From Chromatiales bacterium (GTDB taxonomy: Bacteria > Pseudomonadota > Gammaproteobacteria > JACCXJ01): DNA of 58,780 nucleotides. Below the pieces are notes generated by a model, which worked only from the letters and a program-made list of their open reading frames with translations, was not told the origin of the DNA and made no database searches. Shown here piece by piece: positions 10,223 through 20,020 of this stretch. Made by a program: the position numbers and the translations under genes. Positions within the stretch are counted from its first letter, which is position 1, and every line of letters begins with the position of its first letter. Location: NCBI GenBank assembly GCA_043673815.1, contig JBIMKD010000236.1, positions 1 through 58,780 on the forward strand, in the 5' to 3' direction.

Positions 10223-10789
10223 ATGCCGGCCGAGCCAACGTATTACCCCGCGGTTATGCTGCTGCTCATGCTCGCCGCCGCCTCCTGGACGGATATCGCC
10301 CACCACCGCATTCCCAATCTTCTGAGCCTGGGAGGCGCCTCCGTGGGCCTCGCGCTGCAAGCCGGGACGCTGGGGCTCAGCGGCCTGTGGGACGGTCTCG
10401 GCGGGCTCGGGGTGGGCTTGGGATTGTTTCTACCGTTTTACATTATCGGTGGCATGGGCGCCGGGGATGTGAAGCTGATGGCGGCCGCGGGCAGCTTTCT
10501 TCGCCCGTACGACGCGCTCATGGCCGTCGCGGCGAGCCTGATCGCGGGCGGGGTGATCGCGCTCGGGGTCTTGATCGCGCGCGGCGGCCTGTTGCCCTGG
10601 CTGCGCCGTCAAGCGCTGACGCTCAAGTACCTGCTGGTGACGGCGAAGCTCAGCTACATAACGCCGGTGCAGGAGGAGCCCGCCGCGACCCGCTTCCCGT
10701 ACGCCGTCGCCATCGCCGCGGGCACCGTTGCCGCCTTGTGGTGGCTCGGCAGGCTCGAACCCTTCACTACATTGATAAGGAATTTCTGA
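10223..10789 (+). CDS. tadV: Prepilin peptidase TadV/CpaA (A24 family)
   Basis: Polytopic. WTDIAHHRIPN and GMGAGDVKLMAA contain the two catalytic Asp motifs of A24 peptidases. Confidence 0.9.
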   Translation: MPAEPTYYPAVMLLLMLAAASWTDIAHHRIPNLLSLGGASVGLALQAGTLGLSGLWDGLGGLGVGLGLFLPFYIIGGMGAGDVKLMAAAGSFLRPYDALMAVAASLIAGGVIALGVLIARGGLLPWLRRQALTLKYLLVTAKLSYITPVQEEPAATRFPYAVAIAAGTVAALWWLGRLEPFTTLIRNF

Positions 10790-12108
10790 TGGACAGTCTC
10801 GCACGCCAGGAGGCCACGCCCTTGTCTCCACCTCTCGATGACAGCGCCCGGCTGGCCCCGCGGCCGCGTACCATCGCGGAGACCGGCCTCAACCAGCCGT
10901 TTCTCACCGAGCTGCTGGCCAAGCACTTGTATCAGGCGGGTGTGCTCGACCAGCGGCAGCTCGGCGAGCGCATGGCGCTGGCCTGGTCAATCCTGGAGGG
11001 CTTGGTCGGCGCGCTGCGCACGGGTGCCTATGTCGAGGTGCGCGGCAATACGGAAGGGACCGCCGCCATGCGCTACGCCCTCACCGAGCGTGGCCACGCC
11101 CTCGCTCTCGAGGCCATGATGAAGAGCGGCTACGTGGGCCCGGCGCCGGTGCCGCTCGAGGACTACACGCGCGTGGTACAGGCTCAATCGGTCCACCGCT
11201 GCCTGGTGACCCGGGAGCGGATGCGGGCAGCCTTCGCCGATCTGCATATCCGCGACGCCTTGCTGAACCAGCTCGGCCCCGCCATGCACTCGGGCCGGCC
11301 GATTTTTCTGTACGGGCCGCCGGGCACGGGCAAGACCTTCATCGGTCAGCGCCTCGCGCGGCTGCTCGAAGGGGCGGTGCTGATCCCGCACGCCCTCGCC
11401 GTGGGAGACAACGTATTCCAGTTCTTCGATCCGACCGTGCACCATCCCGTTCCGGAAGAGAGGGGCACGGGCCGCGTGCGACTGGAAGAAGGTCACGATC
11501 CGCGCTTCGTGCGCTGCCAGCGTCCCGTGGCCACGACGGGCGGCGAGCTCACGCTGGACATGCTGGAGCTCAGCTACGAGCCGCTGACCAAGCAGTATCA
11601 GGCACCCTTGCAGCTCAAGGCCAACAACGGCATCTACATGATCGACGATCTGGGGCGCCAGCGCGTCGCGCCAGCGGAGCTCTTGAACCGCTGGATCGGC
11701 CCCATGGCCGAGAACCGAGATTTTCTGAGCTTCGCCTCGGGCCGGCGTTTTCCCGCGCCCTTCGATGTGATCCTGATCTTCTCGACCAATCTCAAGCCGC
11801 TCGATCTCGCCGATGAGGCCTTCCTGCGGCGGCTCGGCTACAAGCTGCGCTTCGAGACGCTGCTCCCGCCCGAGTACGAGGGCATCTGGAGGCAGGTGTG
11901 CGGGGAGCGGCAAATCCCCTTCGATCCCGCCGTGCTCCATCACGCGCTGGGTCTATATTCCAGGGAACAGGTGCCGTTGCTGCCCTGCCATCCGCGCGAT
12001 CTGCTGGGATTGATCACGGACCAATGCCGCTACCACGGCGAGCCACCCGAGGCGACCATCGAGCGGCTGGAGATCGCCTGGAACAGCTATTTTGTAAAGC
12101 CCACTTAA
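10789..12108 (+). CDS. AAA+ ATPase of unknown function with N-terminal helical/winged-helix-like region
   Basis: ATG at 10789 overlaps the tadV stop (TGATG). Walker A LYGPPGTGKTF, Walker B IYMIDDLG, sensor-1 IFSTN, AFLRRLGYK. No GAFTGA loop. The 134 codons upstream in ORF 10387..12108 overlap tadV and are rejected. Confidence 0.8.
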   Translation: MDSLARQEATPLSPPLDDSARLAPRPRTIAETGLNQPFLTELLAKHLYQAGVLDQRQLGERMALAWSILEGLVGALRTGAYVEVRGNTEGTAAMRYALTERGHALALEAMMKSGYVGPAPVPLEDYTRVVQAQSVHRCLVTRERMRAAFADLHIRDALLNQLGPAMHSGRPIFLYGPPGTGKTFIGQRLARLLEGAVLIPHALAVGDNVFQFFDPTVHHPVPEERGTGRVRLEEGHDPRFVRCQRPVATTGGELTLDMLELSYEPLTKQYQAPLQLKANNGIYMIDDLGRQRVAPAELLNRWIGPMAENRDFLSFASGRRFPAPFDVILIFSTNLKPLDLADEAFLRRLGYKLRFETLLPPEYEGIWRQVCGERQIPFDPAVLHHALGLYSREQVPLLPCHPRDLLGLITDQCRYHGEPPEATIERLEIAWNSYFVKPT

Positions 12109-12167
12109 CCAAGTAATACCGGGCCGGCACAATCGGTTCCGGACTGACGGAATAGGAGTAACCGACT

Positions 12168-12980
12168 ATGTTTAGAAGCCGAACCTTGACTCTCTTTGCC
12201 CTCGCTGTGCTCTTGGGCACCGGCGCCGTCTGGGTGGCGAACCGCTGGGTGCTGGAGCACATGCAGCCCGTGACCGCGGCCGCAGCGGATACCTCGCCCA
12301 TCGTGGTGGCGGCGCTCGAGATCCCTTTCGGCCAGAAGGTCGAGGCGGCCCAGATAAAGGCCATTGCCTGGCCGAAAACCAACCTGCCGGCGCAATCCTA
12401 TACCGACACCAAGGACGTGGTGGGCAAGGTCACGACCCAGACCATTTACCCCGGTGAGGTCATGCTGGAGAGCCGCATCCGGGAGCACCTGGGCGGAAGT
12501 ACCTTGTCGGCCCTGATCACGCCCACCATGCGGGCTCTCACGGTGCGGGTCAACGACGTGGCGGGGGTTGCGGGTTTCCTCCTACCCGGCAACCGGGTCG
12601 ATGTGCTGGCCACCCGGAGGGAAGGCAATGCCGCCGCCCGGACACGGACCGTTCTGGAAGATTTGAAGGTGCTGGCCGTGGACCAGGAAGCCTCTCAGGA
12701 CAGCGAGAAGCCGATCTTGGTGCGGGCCGTGACGCTGGAAATATCCCCGGAGCAGGCCGAAACGCTGGTCAAGGCCACCGAGGAAGGCTCGATCCAGCTC
12801 GCGCTGCGTAACCCGCTGGATAACCAGCCAGCACCGAAAAAGGAAGTCGCCGCGGCGACCCCGCCGCCTCGCGTAGCGAAGCGGCCGGGCAAGCGCGCAT
12901 ATGTAGCCCCCGGGGCCACGGTGACCATCATCAAGGGGACGGCCGCGACCCTGGTCAGATGCACGCCTTCGGAATGCTGA
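12168..12980 (+). CDS. rcpC: Flp pilus assembly protein RcpC/CpaB
   Basis: N-terminal TM anchor, SAF-like domain (IVVAALEIPFGQKV...) and RcpC/CpaB C-terminal domain. Sits in the canonical position before the secretin. Confidence 0.9.
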   Translation: MFRSRTLTLFALAVLLGTGAVWVANRWVLEHMQPVTAAAADTSPIVVAALEIPFGQKVEAAQIKAIAWPKTNLPAQSYTDTKDVVGKVTTQTIYPGEVMLESRIREHLGGSTLSALITPTMRALTVRVNDVAGVAGFLLPGNRVDVLATRREGNAAARTRTVLEDLKVLAVDQEASQDSEKPILVRAVTLEISPEQAETLVKATEEGSIQLALRNPLDNQPAPKKEVAAATPPPRVAKRPGKRAYVAPGATVTIIKGTAATLVRCTPSEC

Positions 12981-13024
12981 GCGCGGAATCGATACGTCGG
13001 ACAAAACTGTGAGGGGGAACCCTA

Positions 13025-14599
13025 ATGAATCGCATAGCAAGCATGTTTGTTAAGAAACCGCCGGCCGTCGGGCTGGGGGCCCTGGTGATCGGGATACTGA
13101 GCCTCGGGCTCGGGTGGCCGGCCGACGCACCGGCCCAAGGCCAGGTGTTCCAGGTCACGGTCAACAAGTCGCGGGTCATCCCGCTGTCGCGAGCCACCGG
13201 GACGATCTCGGTGGGCAACCCGGGTGTCGCCGACATCCGCCTGCTGGACCCTAGCCATCTCTACATTCTGGGCAGGACGCTCGGGACCACGAACGTGACC
13301 CTCCGCAATAAGGGCACGGGCGTACTGGACAAGATCGATGTAGAGGTCACTCACGATCTGGACGGACTCAAAGCCAAGCTCCATGAGCTGCTGCCGGGCG
13401 AGAACCCGAAGGTGTTCTCCTCTCAGGGCTCCATCGTGCTGGCCGGCGAGGTGTCGAGCCTCGTGAAGATGGACGCCGTCCTCTCCGTCGCCAAGACCTT
13501 TCTCTACCAGGCGCCGCCCCCGCCCCAGGGACCGCAGGGCGTGGAGTTCAGCATCGCCCCCGGCGCCGATCCGTACGACGCGGCGGGCTTGAATGCCACG
13601 GCGCCAGCGGGTGGCTCATCCCCGGCGGCGCAAGGCCAGAATACCGGCATCATCAATTTAATGCAGATCGGCGGCCCCCAGCAGGTCATGCTCGAGGTCA
13701 AGGTCGCGGAGATAAACCGGACGCTCGCGAAGAATCTGAAAGTGGACTTCGCGGCGCTGGACCCCTCCGGACGCTCGAGTGGGGGAGCCATACGTGGTCT
13801 GGCCCTTATAGATACCCTGACCGACGCCGTGGAAATCGCACCGAGCGTGATCAACCCGGCTGGGCTCTTTGCCCGCTTCATCAGCAGCGACTTCCGTTTC
13901 AATGCGGTCATCAACGCCGCTAGAGAACATGGTTTGGCCAAGGTCCTAGCCGAACCCACGCTCACCACCATTTCCGGCCAGGAGGCCAGTTTCTTATCCG
14001 GGGGTGAATTTCCTATCCCGGTGGGCCAAGGACTCGATACGGTCACCATCGAATTCAAGGAATTCGGCGTTGGGATCAAGTTCCTACCGGTGGTGCTGGA
14101 CTCCGGCCGCATTAGCCTCAAGCTCAACATCGACGTGAGCGAGCTTACCAACACCAACACGGTCACCGCGTCAATAACCAATACGGACAATGCATTTGTC
14201 ATTCCCGCACTCACCAAGCGCCGGGCTAACTCCTCGGTGGAGCTCTCCGACGGCCAGACCATCGGCATCGCCGGACTCATCAGTGACAACCTGCGCGATT
14301 CGGTGAACAAGTTCCCTGGCCTGGGAGAGATTCCGATCCTCGGGCAACTGTTCACGAGCCAGGAGTTCCAGAAAAACCAGACCGAGCTCGTGATCTTCGT
14401 AACCCCGCGCCTGGCCCGTCCTATGCCGAACTCGACGCCGAGGCTGCCGACCGATCAATTCGTCGAGCCCAACGACGTGGAGTTCTACCTGATGGGCCGG
14501 ACGGAAGGCCGGGCGGCGCCACGACCCCGCCCCACGAGCATGACCTCTTCCAAGGCCGGCGCTGGCGGAATGAGCGGTCAATTCGGACAACAACGCTAA
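13025..14599 (+). CDS. rcpA: Tad secretin RcpA/CpaC
   Basis: Signal peptide, BON-like N-domain (GNPGVADI...) and secretin core (LAEPTLTTISGQEASFLSGGEFP...GIAGLISD...PGLGEIPILGQLF). Confidence 0.93.
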   Translation: MNRIASMFVKKPPAVGLGALVIGILSLGLGWPADAPAQGQVFQVTVNKSRVIPLSRATGTISVGNPGVADIRLLDPSHLYILGRTLGTTNVTLRNKGTGVLDKIDVEVTHDLDGLKAKLHELLPGENPKVFSSQGSIVLAGEVSSLVKMDAVLSVAKTFLYQAPPPPQGPQGVEFSIAPGADPYDAAGLNATAPAGGSSPAAQGQNTGIINLMQIGGPQQVMLEVKVAEINRTLAKNLKVDFAALDPSGRSSGGAIRGLALIDTLTDAVEIAPSVINPAGLFARFISSDFRFNAVINAAREHGLAKVLAEPTLTTISGQEASFLSGGEFPIPVGQGLDTVTIEFKEFGVGIKFLPVVLDSGRISLKLNIDVSELTNTNTVTASITNTDNAFVIPALTKRRANSSVELSDGQTIGIAGLISDNLRDSVNKFPGLGEIPILGQLFTSQEFQKNQTELVIFVTPRLARPMPNSTPRLPTDQFVEPNDVEFYLMGRTEGRAAPRPRPTSMTSSKAGAGGMSGQFGQQR

Positions 14600-14611
14600 G
14601 GAATCAATACC

Positions 14612-14923
14612 ATGATGCCAACACATGTCAAACAGGCCGCGGTGCGCGGCGTAAACCTGGTTCTCATCACAGGGCTGCTCGGCGGCTGCGCCGCATGGGA
14701 CAGCCGCCCCTATCGTGTCGAGAAGGATTACGGCAACTCCGTGCGCGAGATGGTGCGGGCCCAGACCTACGACCAATCCAAGGCGCTCCACCCCGATCCG
14801 GAGCCCGTCAAGGTCTATGACGGGAAGAAGGGCGAGAACGTGCTGGAGACCTACCGCCAGGACATCGGCAAGCCCGAGAAGACGGAGCAGAACATCATCT
14901 TCAACATCGGCGGCGGTCAGTAG
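14612..14923 (+). CDS. Small lipoprotein in CpaD/RcpB position (possibly DUF3613-like)
   Basis: Lipobox LLGGC at residues 22-26, 103 aa, immediately downstream of the secretin. The family assignment is from memory only. Confidence 0.65.
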   Translation: MMPTHVKQAAVRGVNLVLITGLLGGCAAWDSRPYRVEKDYGNSVREMVRAQTYDQSKALHPDPEPVKVYDGKKGENVLETYRQDIGKPEKTEQNIIFNIGGGQ

Positions 14924-15026
14924 CGCTGTGGCCGGTGGACACCAGAGCCCGCGAACAAAGGCGCCAGGGACGGCGCACCGACTCGCTGTCAAAACAGGCG
15001 AATGACGCACAAGGAGTGGTAGGCAG

Positions 15027-16256
15027 ATGAAAGCGAATTACACACTGTCATCGAAGCAGCACGGGATCGTGATCCCGTTGGTCGCGATCGCCCTGCTCGC
15101 GCTGCTCGGTGTCACCGGCCTGGCCGTGGATATGGGGCACATGTACGAGAACAAGACGCGGCTGCAGAACGCCGTGGACGCGGCCGCGTTGAGCGCGGCG
15201 AAGACGCTCGATGAGACCAAGGGCGATCAAGCCGCGGCCACGGTCGCGGCCGAGAATACGGTGGTCGATCGCAACGTCACCGATGCCGCCAATAACGGCG
15301 CCAACGACGAGATGAGCGCGATCGCCAAGGGCGATGTGCTGGTCGAATTCTTCGAGTTAGCCGCAGGGGCCTGCGGCAGCGCCGGTTACGCAAACTGCTT
15401 CGTCCGCGTCCGCGTGAATAACCTGAGCCGGCCGAACTTCCTGATCCAAGTGCTCGGGCTAGGCAACACCAAGACCGTCGCCGCGCGGGCGGTGGCGGGA
15501 CCGAGTCCGATACTGGAAGAGGTATGTGACGTGGTGCCGATGATGGTATGCGCACAAGATGCGGATCTCGACGATGCCACGGACGACGGTAAGTTTTATG
15601 GTTATACGCCCGGGAACAACTACTGTCTCAAGCGCGGGGAGGACCCCGCAGAGTGCCCAGGCGCGGTCCTCGACAACGGGAACTTTCAGCTTATCAACCT
15701 GGACGATTCACAGGGAGGGAGTGACATCTGCACGAACTTGTCCGGGGCCTACTCGAAATGCCTGAAATCGGGCAACATCGATCTTAAGCCAGGGAACACG
15801 GTCGGGCCGGTCGAAGCCGGATTGAATACCCGGTTTAATATATATCCGCAAGGACAAGGGCAGTGTGAGGGGGTTCTAGATAGTACGAACGCGCCCCCCG
15901 ACGCGGTCGTGTCCTATGGCACCGGCGAGCCTGGGGAGTCGTATACGTCCTGGAAATCGGCGGCCACAGAGATAACGAACGGCGTCAAGGGGCGTCGGCT
16001 GGTATCCGTGCCCGTTGGGAATTGCCCGGTTCCATGTACGGGCGCCAGTTGTGTCGCCCCCCTGCTCGATTTCGCCTGTTTCTATCTGCTCCAGCCGGTG
16101 ATACAAGGCGGTTCCGACCCGACCAAGGGCATGGTCGTCGGTGAGTTCACCAACGAAGGATGTGTATCCAAAGGTAAACCTGGAACCGATCCCACCACAG
16201 GTCCGGGCCCCTATGTCATCCAACTCTACAAGGACCCGTTAAGCGGCGATTCCTAA
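15027..16256 (+). CDS. tadG: TadG-like pilus assembly protein
   Basis: N-terminal TadE/G-like segment (IVIPLVAIALLALLGVTGLAVDMGHMY...LQNAVDAAALSAA). 409 aa, 14 Cys. Confidence 0.8.
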   Translation: MKANYTLSSKQHGIVIPLVAIALLALLGVTGLAVDMGHMYENKTRLQNAVDAAALSAAKTLDETKGDQAAATVAAENTVVDRNVTDAANNGANDEMSAIAKGDVLVEFFELAAGACGSAGYANCFVRVRVNNLSRPNFLIQVLGLGNTKTVAARAVAGPSPILEEVCDVVPMMVCAQDADLDDATDDGKFYGYTPGNNYCLKRGEDPAECPGAVLDNGNFQLINLDDSQGGSDICTNLSGAYSKCLKSGNIDLKPGNTVGPVEAGLNTRFNIYPQGQGQCEGVLDSTNAPPDAVVSYGTGEPGESYTSWKSAATEITNGVKGRRLVSVPVGNCPVPCTGASCVAPLLDFACFYLLQPVIQGGSDPTKGMVVGEFTNEGCVSKGKPGTDPTTGPGPYVIQLYKDPLSGDS

Positions 16257-16276
16257 GCCAGCCAAGGAGAGTGGCA

Positions 16277-16765
16277 ATGCGTTATCCAAGACAACAAGGG
16301 CTCGTCATGGTGGAGTTCACCATCGTGCTTCCGCTGCTGCTGTTGCTGATGTTCGCGGCCGCCGAGTTCGGGCGGGCGCTGTTTCAGTACAACACCTTGA
16401 TCAAGTCGGTGCGGGACGGCGGCCGGTACCTGGCGGCAAACGCATTTCTCGGGGACGCAACGCAAGTGAACACGGCGGCACAGACGCAAACCCAGAACCT
16501 GGTGGCTTATGGCGCCATTGGCAAGACGGCCTGCCAACCCACCTCCACCCCCCCGTTCTATCCCCCGTGCGACGACCTCAAAGGCTTCAACGCGGCGGAC
16601 GTCACGTACAGCAACCCCGTCCAGGATGCAGACGGGAACTACTACGTCACGGTCAGCGCCACCTATAACTACGCAGCGATGCTCGGCGCTGCCCTGCCCT
16701 TCACCTCGGCCGACATGACGATACCGCTGCGGGCGTCGGTCACCATGCGGGTACTCTCCCCATGA
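16277..16765 (+). CDS. tadE: TadE-like pseudopilin
   Basis: QQG/LVMVEFTIVLPLLLLL prepilin-like motif. ATG at 16277 lies 8 nt after AGGAG; the GTG at 16271 is an alternative start. Confidence 0.85.
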   Translation: MRYPRQQGLVMVEFTIVLPLLLLLMFAAAEFGRALFQYNTLIKSVRDGGRYLAANAFLGDATQVNTAAQTQTQNLVAYGAIGKTACQPTSTPPFYPPCDDLKGFNAADVTYSNPVQDADGNYYVTVSATYNYAAMLGAALPFTSADMTIPLRASVTMRVLSP

Positions 16766-17256
16766 AAAACCGGCAAAGCGGTCTGGCCACGGTGGAATTC
16801 GCCATCATCGGTATGCTGTTTTTCATCGTGCTCTTCGCGGTCATCGAGTTCGGGCGCCTGCTCTTTACCTGGAACACCCTTACCGAAGCGACGCGCCGGG
16901 GCGCGAGGGTAGCGGCGGTGTGCCCCGTCAATCACCCGGCCATCGCGCGGATCACCGTGTTTAACAGACCTGGTGGCGGCGGGAGCCCTGTGCTGCCCAA
17001 CCTGGCGCCGGGAGACGTAGCCGTGCAATATCTTGGCGACAACGGCAATGACTTGGGCAATGCCCCGAGCTTCTCCAACATCGCGTATGTGAGCGTAGGC
17101 ATCTCGGGCAACTCCGACGGCGTGCCGGGATATCAGCACCAGATGCTGATACCGCTGCTCGCCATGACGCTCACCTCGCCGTGGTTTCAGACCACGCTGC
17201 CGCGGGAGAGTCTGGGCCAAGTACCGGGCACGATTGAACAGTGCCCGTTCAGTTAA
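16762..17256 (+). CDS. tadF: TadE/TadF-like pseudopilin
   Basis: QSG/LATVEFAIIGMLFF motif. ATGA overlap with the previous gene. Confidence 0.85.
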   Translation: MKNRQSGLATVEFAIIGMLFFIVLFAVIEFGRLLFTWNTLTEATRRGARVAAVCPVNHPAIARITVFNRPGGGGSPVLPNLAPGDVAVQYLGDNGNDLGNAPSFSNIAYVSVGISGNSDGVPGYQHQMLIPLLAMTLTSPWFQTTLPRESLGQVPGTIEQCPFS

Positions 17257-17408
17257 CGAACGAGATGAAAAATGAACCGATTCTGGGATCCGCGGAGGGT
17301 CCGCGCGATACCAACCACTGGCGCTCGCGTTTCGCGGATCGCCCGTTCAACTCTATCGGTAACGAGACGATAACCGCTCTGACAAAACAGCACCGGACGC
17401 AGTAAGCT

Positions 17409-18602
17409 ATGACCACTAACCTACGAGTTCTCGTCACGGGGCGCTCGAAGCAGGACCTCGACGCGCTCGCCATCTTCCTGCGCAAGCTGCCGGGCATGGA
17501 GATCGGCACACGCTTGATAGCCAACGGGCATGCCGATCCGTTGTACGGCGTGGCCCCGATCCCCGATGCCTTAGTCCATCTGCTGAGCCCGGCGGGCGGC
17601 GAAGAAGAACTGAAGGCGCTGGCGGCGCGGCCGGCGGGGGCTCGCTGCGCGACCCTCGTCGTCGGTCCCGGGGACAAACCCGAGCTGATGCGCCCGGCGA
17701 TGCAGGCCGGCGCCCGTGATTTCCTCAAGCAGCCCGTGGCGCCGGCCGAGCTCACGGCGGCCCTGCAGCGGATCGCCAAAGAGAAGCTCACGAACGCATC
17801 GGGCGCGGGCGCCCGTCTGACGGCGATCATCAACGCCAAGGGCGGATCGGGGGCCTCGCTCCTCGCCGGCAACCTGGCACATATCCTGGCGGCACATTGC
17901 GGCATGCGCGTGGCGCTCCTGGATCTCGATTTCCAGTTCGGCACGCAGGCCCTCCATCTCGATCTGCATGCCGACAAGGGACTGCTCGAAGCATTGAACG
18001 CCGTCGATTCGCTCGATCTGGTCGCCCTGCAGGCTTACCTCGCCAAGCACAAGAGCGGACTGCACCTCCTGGCATCGAGCCCGCAACACGTGGGCTTGCC
18101 CGGCGAGGTCTCGGCAAAGCGCTTGGTGCAACTGCTGGACCTTATGATGACAGGATACGAGCACGTGGTCGTGGATCTGCCCCGGCTCGTGGACCCCTTG
18201 ATGAGCGTCGTCATGGAACGCGCCGAGCGGATCCTCATCTGCATCCAGCAGAACGTGGCCAATCTTCGTGACGCCACTCGCCTCATGCAGATCGCGACCA
18301 ACGATCTGGAGATACCGGCGCAACGCTTCACGGTGATCGTCAACCGCTATCAGCCGGATCACTCGGTGCGCGTCGCCGATATCGAGCAGACCTTGCGAAC
18401 CCAGTCCCCGGTGCTGATCCCCAACGACTTCAAACGAGTCAGCGCCGCCGAGAACCTGGGTGAGCCGGTGTACGCATATGCCCCCAACGCCCCGATCAGC
18501 CGGGCCCTCGTCAAGTTCGGCGTGAGCTTGAGCGGCAAGGCGGAGGCCCGCAAGAAGGGCGTGATTGGCCAGTTGTTTTCAAGAATGTCAGCAGGAGCTT
18601 AG
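17409..18602 (+). CDS. tadZ: TadZ/CpaE, ParA/MinD-like ATPase with N-terminal receiver-like domain
   Basis: INAKGGSGASLLAGNLA (atypical deviant Walker A), an N-terminal ~120-aa CheY-like fold region, and position before tadA. Confidence 0.88.
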   Translation: MTTNLRVLVTGRSKQDLDALAIFLRKLPGMEIGTRLIANGHADPLYGVAPIPDALVHLLSPAGGEEELKALAARPAGARCATLVVGPGDKPELMRPAMQAGARDFLKQPVAPAELTAALQRIAKEKLTNASGAGARLTAIINAKGGSGASLLAGNLAHILAAHCGMRVALLDLDFQFGTQALHLDLHADKGLLEALNAVDSLDLVALQAYLAKHKSGLHLLASSPQHVGLPGEVSAKRLVQLLDLMMTGYEHVVVDLPRLVDPLMSVVMERAERILICIQQNVANLRDATRLMQIATNDLEIPAQRFTVIVNRYQPDHSVRVADIEQTLRTQSPVLIPNDFKRVSAAENLGEPVYAYAPNAPISRALVKFGVSLSGKAEARKKGVIGQLFSRMSAGA

Positions 18603-18605
18603 CCC

Positions 18606-20018
18606 ATGGATCTCAGGACCCGAATCAAGAGCCGCTTCGGCGGCGCCGAACAGGCGGCGCAGCACAGTACGGAAACATCCCCCAAGCCGGTCGAGCCCAT
18701 CGAACGCAAGCCCTTGGATCTGCGCGCGGCTACCGGCCCGGAGCAGGAATGGAAGCACCGCATTCATCAGAAGCTGCTCTCGGTCATCGATCTGTCGCTC
18801 ATCAGCAGTCTGGAGGACAAGCAGGCGCGCGCGCAGATCCGCGAGATCACCCAGCGCCTGATGGAAGAAGAAGCGGTCCCGCTCAATACGACGGTGCGCC
18901 AGCACCTGGTGAAACAGGTGGAAGATGAGATCCTCGGCCTTGGACCTCTGGAGCCGCTGCTCGCGGATCCGAGCGTCTCGGACATCCTCGTCAACGGCGG
19001 GGGCCGCGTGTACGTCGAGCGTTATGGCAAGCTCGAATTGACTCCGCTTCGCTTCCAGAGCGAGGCGCATCTGATGAACATCATCGATCGCATCGTCTCG
19101 GGCGTGGGGCGCCGCATCGATGAGTCAGCACCCATGGTGGATGCACGGCTCAAGGACGGATCGCGGGTCAACGCCATCGTGCGTCCGCTCGCCATCGACG
19201 GGCCCTGTTTGTCCATCCGCCGGTTCAACGTGGACCGGCTGCAGATGCCGGACCTCGTCACGCGGCAGGCCTTGACACCGATGATGGCCGAGGTGCTGGC
19301 AGGTGTCGTTAAGGCCCGCCTCAACGTGATCGTGTCGGGCGGAACCGGATCGGGGAAGACGACGATGCTGAACGCGCTCTCCGGCTTCATTCCGGAGGAT
19401 GAGCGCATCATCACTATCGAAGACTCGGCGGAGCTTCAGTTGCAGCAGCCGCACATCGTGCGCCTGGAAACGCGGCCCGCCAACATCGAAGGCAAGGGCG
19501 AGGTCAAGCAGCGCGAGCTGGTGCGCAACAGCCTGCGAATGCGGCCCGAGCGCATCGTGGTGGGCGAAGTGCGCGGGGAGGAAGCGTTCGACATGTTGCA
19601 GGCCATGAACACCGGTCACGACGGATCACTCACCACCGTGCACGCCAACTCGCCCCGCGATGCGCTGGCGCGCCTGGAGAACATGATCGCCATGGCCGGG
19701 CTGGATCTGCCCACCCGGGCCGTGCGCGCGCAGATCGCCTCCGCGATCCACGTGGTGCTGCAGCTCTCCCGCCTCGAGGATGGGCAACGCAAGCTCATCA
19801 GCGTGCAGGAGATCAACGGCATGGAGGGGGACATCATCACCATGAGCGAGATCTTCAGCTTCGAGCGCCAGGGCATCGACGAGCACGGCAAGGTGATCGG
19901 CCGCTTCCGCGCCACCGGCATCATCCCGCATTTCCGGGAGCACCTGCACAAACGCGGCATCCCGATCGGGAACGAAGTCTTCGATCCGAATCGTGAAGAG
20001 GAATGGGGAGGGACCTGA
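18606..20018 (+). CDS. tadA: Tad secretion ATPase TadA/CpaF
   Basis: [11 protein letters not shown] Walker [10 protein letters not shown] Walker B region, [15 protein letters not shown] His box. Confidence 0.96.
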   Translation: MDLRTRIKSRFGGAEQAAQHSTETSPKPVEPIERKPLDLRAATGPEQEWKHRIHQKLLSVIDLSLISSLEDKQARAQIREITQRLMEEEAVPLNTTVRQHLVKQVEDEILGLGPLEPLLADPSVSDILVNGGGRVYVERYGKLELTPLRFQSEAHLMNIIDRIVSGVGRRIDESAPMVDARLKDGSRVNAIVRPLAIDGPCLSIRRFNVDRLQMPDLVTRQALTPMMAEVLAGVVKARLNVIVSGGTGSGKTTMLNALSGFIPEDERIITIEDSAELQLQQPHIVRLETRPANIEGKGEVKQRELVRNSLRMRPERIVVGEVRGEEAFDMLQAMNTGHDGSLTTVHANSPRDALARLENMIAMAGLDLPTRAVRAQIASAIHVVLQLSRLEDGQRKLISVQEINGMEGDIITMSEIFSFERQGIDEHGKVIGRFRATGIIPHFREHLHKRGIPIGNEVFDPNREEEWGGT

Positions 20019-20020
20019 GT

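Noticed and set aside
10387-10788. 134-codon N-terminal extension of the AAA+ ATPase ORF
   Set aside because: It overlaps tadV in another frame and is Arg/Gly-rich and low in complexity. The ATG at 10789 is coupled to the tadV stop, and recognisable protein sequence starts there.
10987-11943. 318-aa minus-strand ORF
   Set aside because: It is antisense to the AAA+ ATPase gene, which has clear Walker motifs. Its composition is typical of shadow frames.
13504-15010. 283-aa and 279-aa minus-strand ORFs
   Set aside because: They are antisense to the secretin and lipoprotein genes and show no family resemblance.
17249-18362. 242-aa and 263-aa minus-strand ORFs and several 95-124-aa ORFs
   Set aside because: They are antisense or out of frame within tadZ, and are Arg/Ala/Pro-rich shadow translations.
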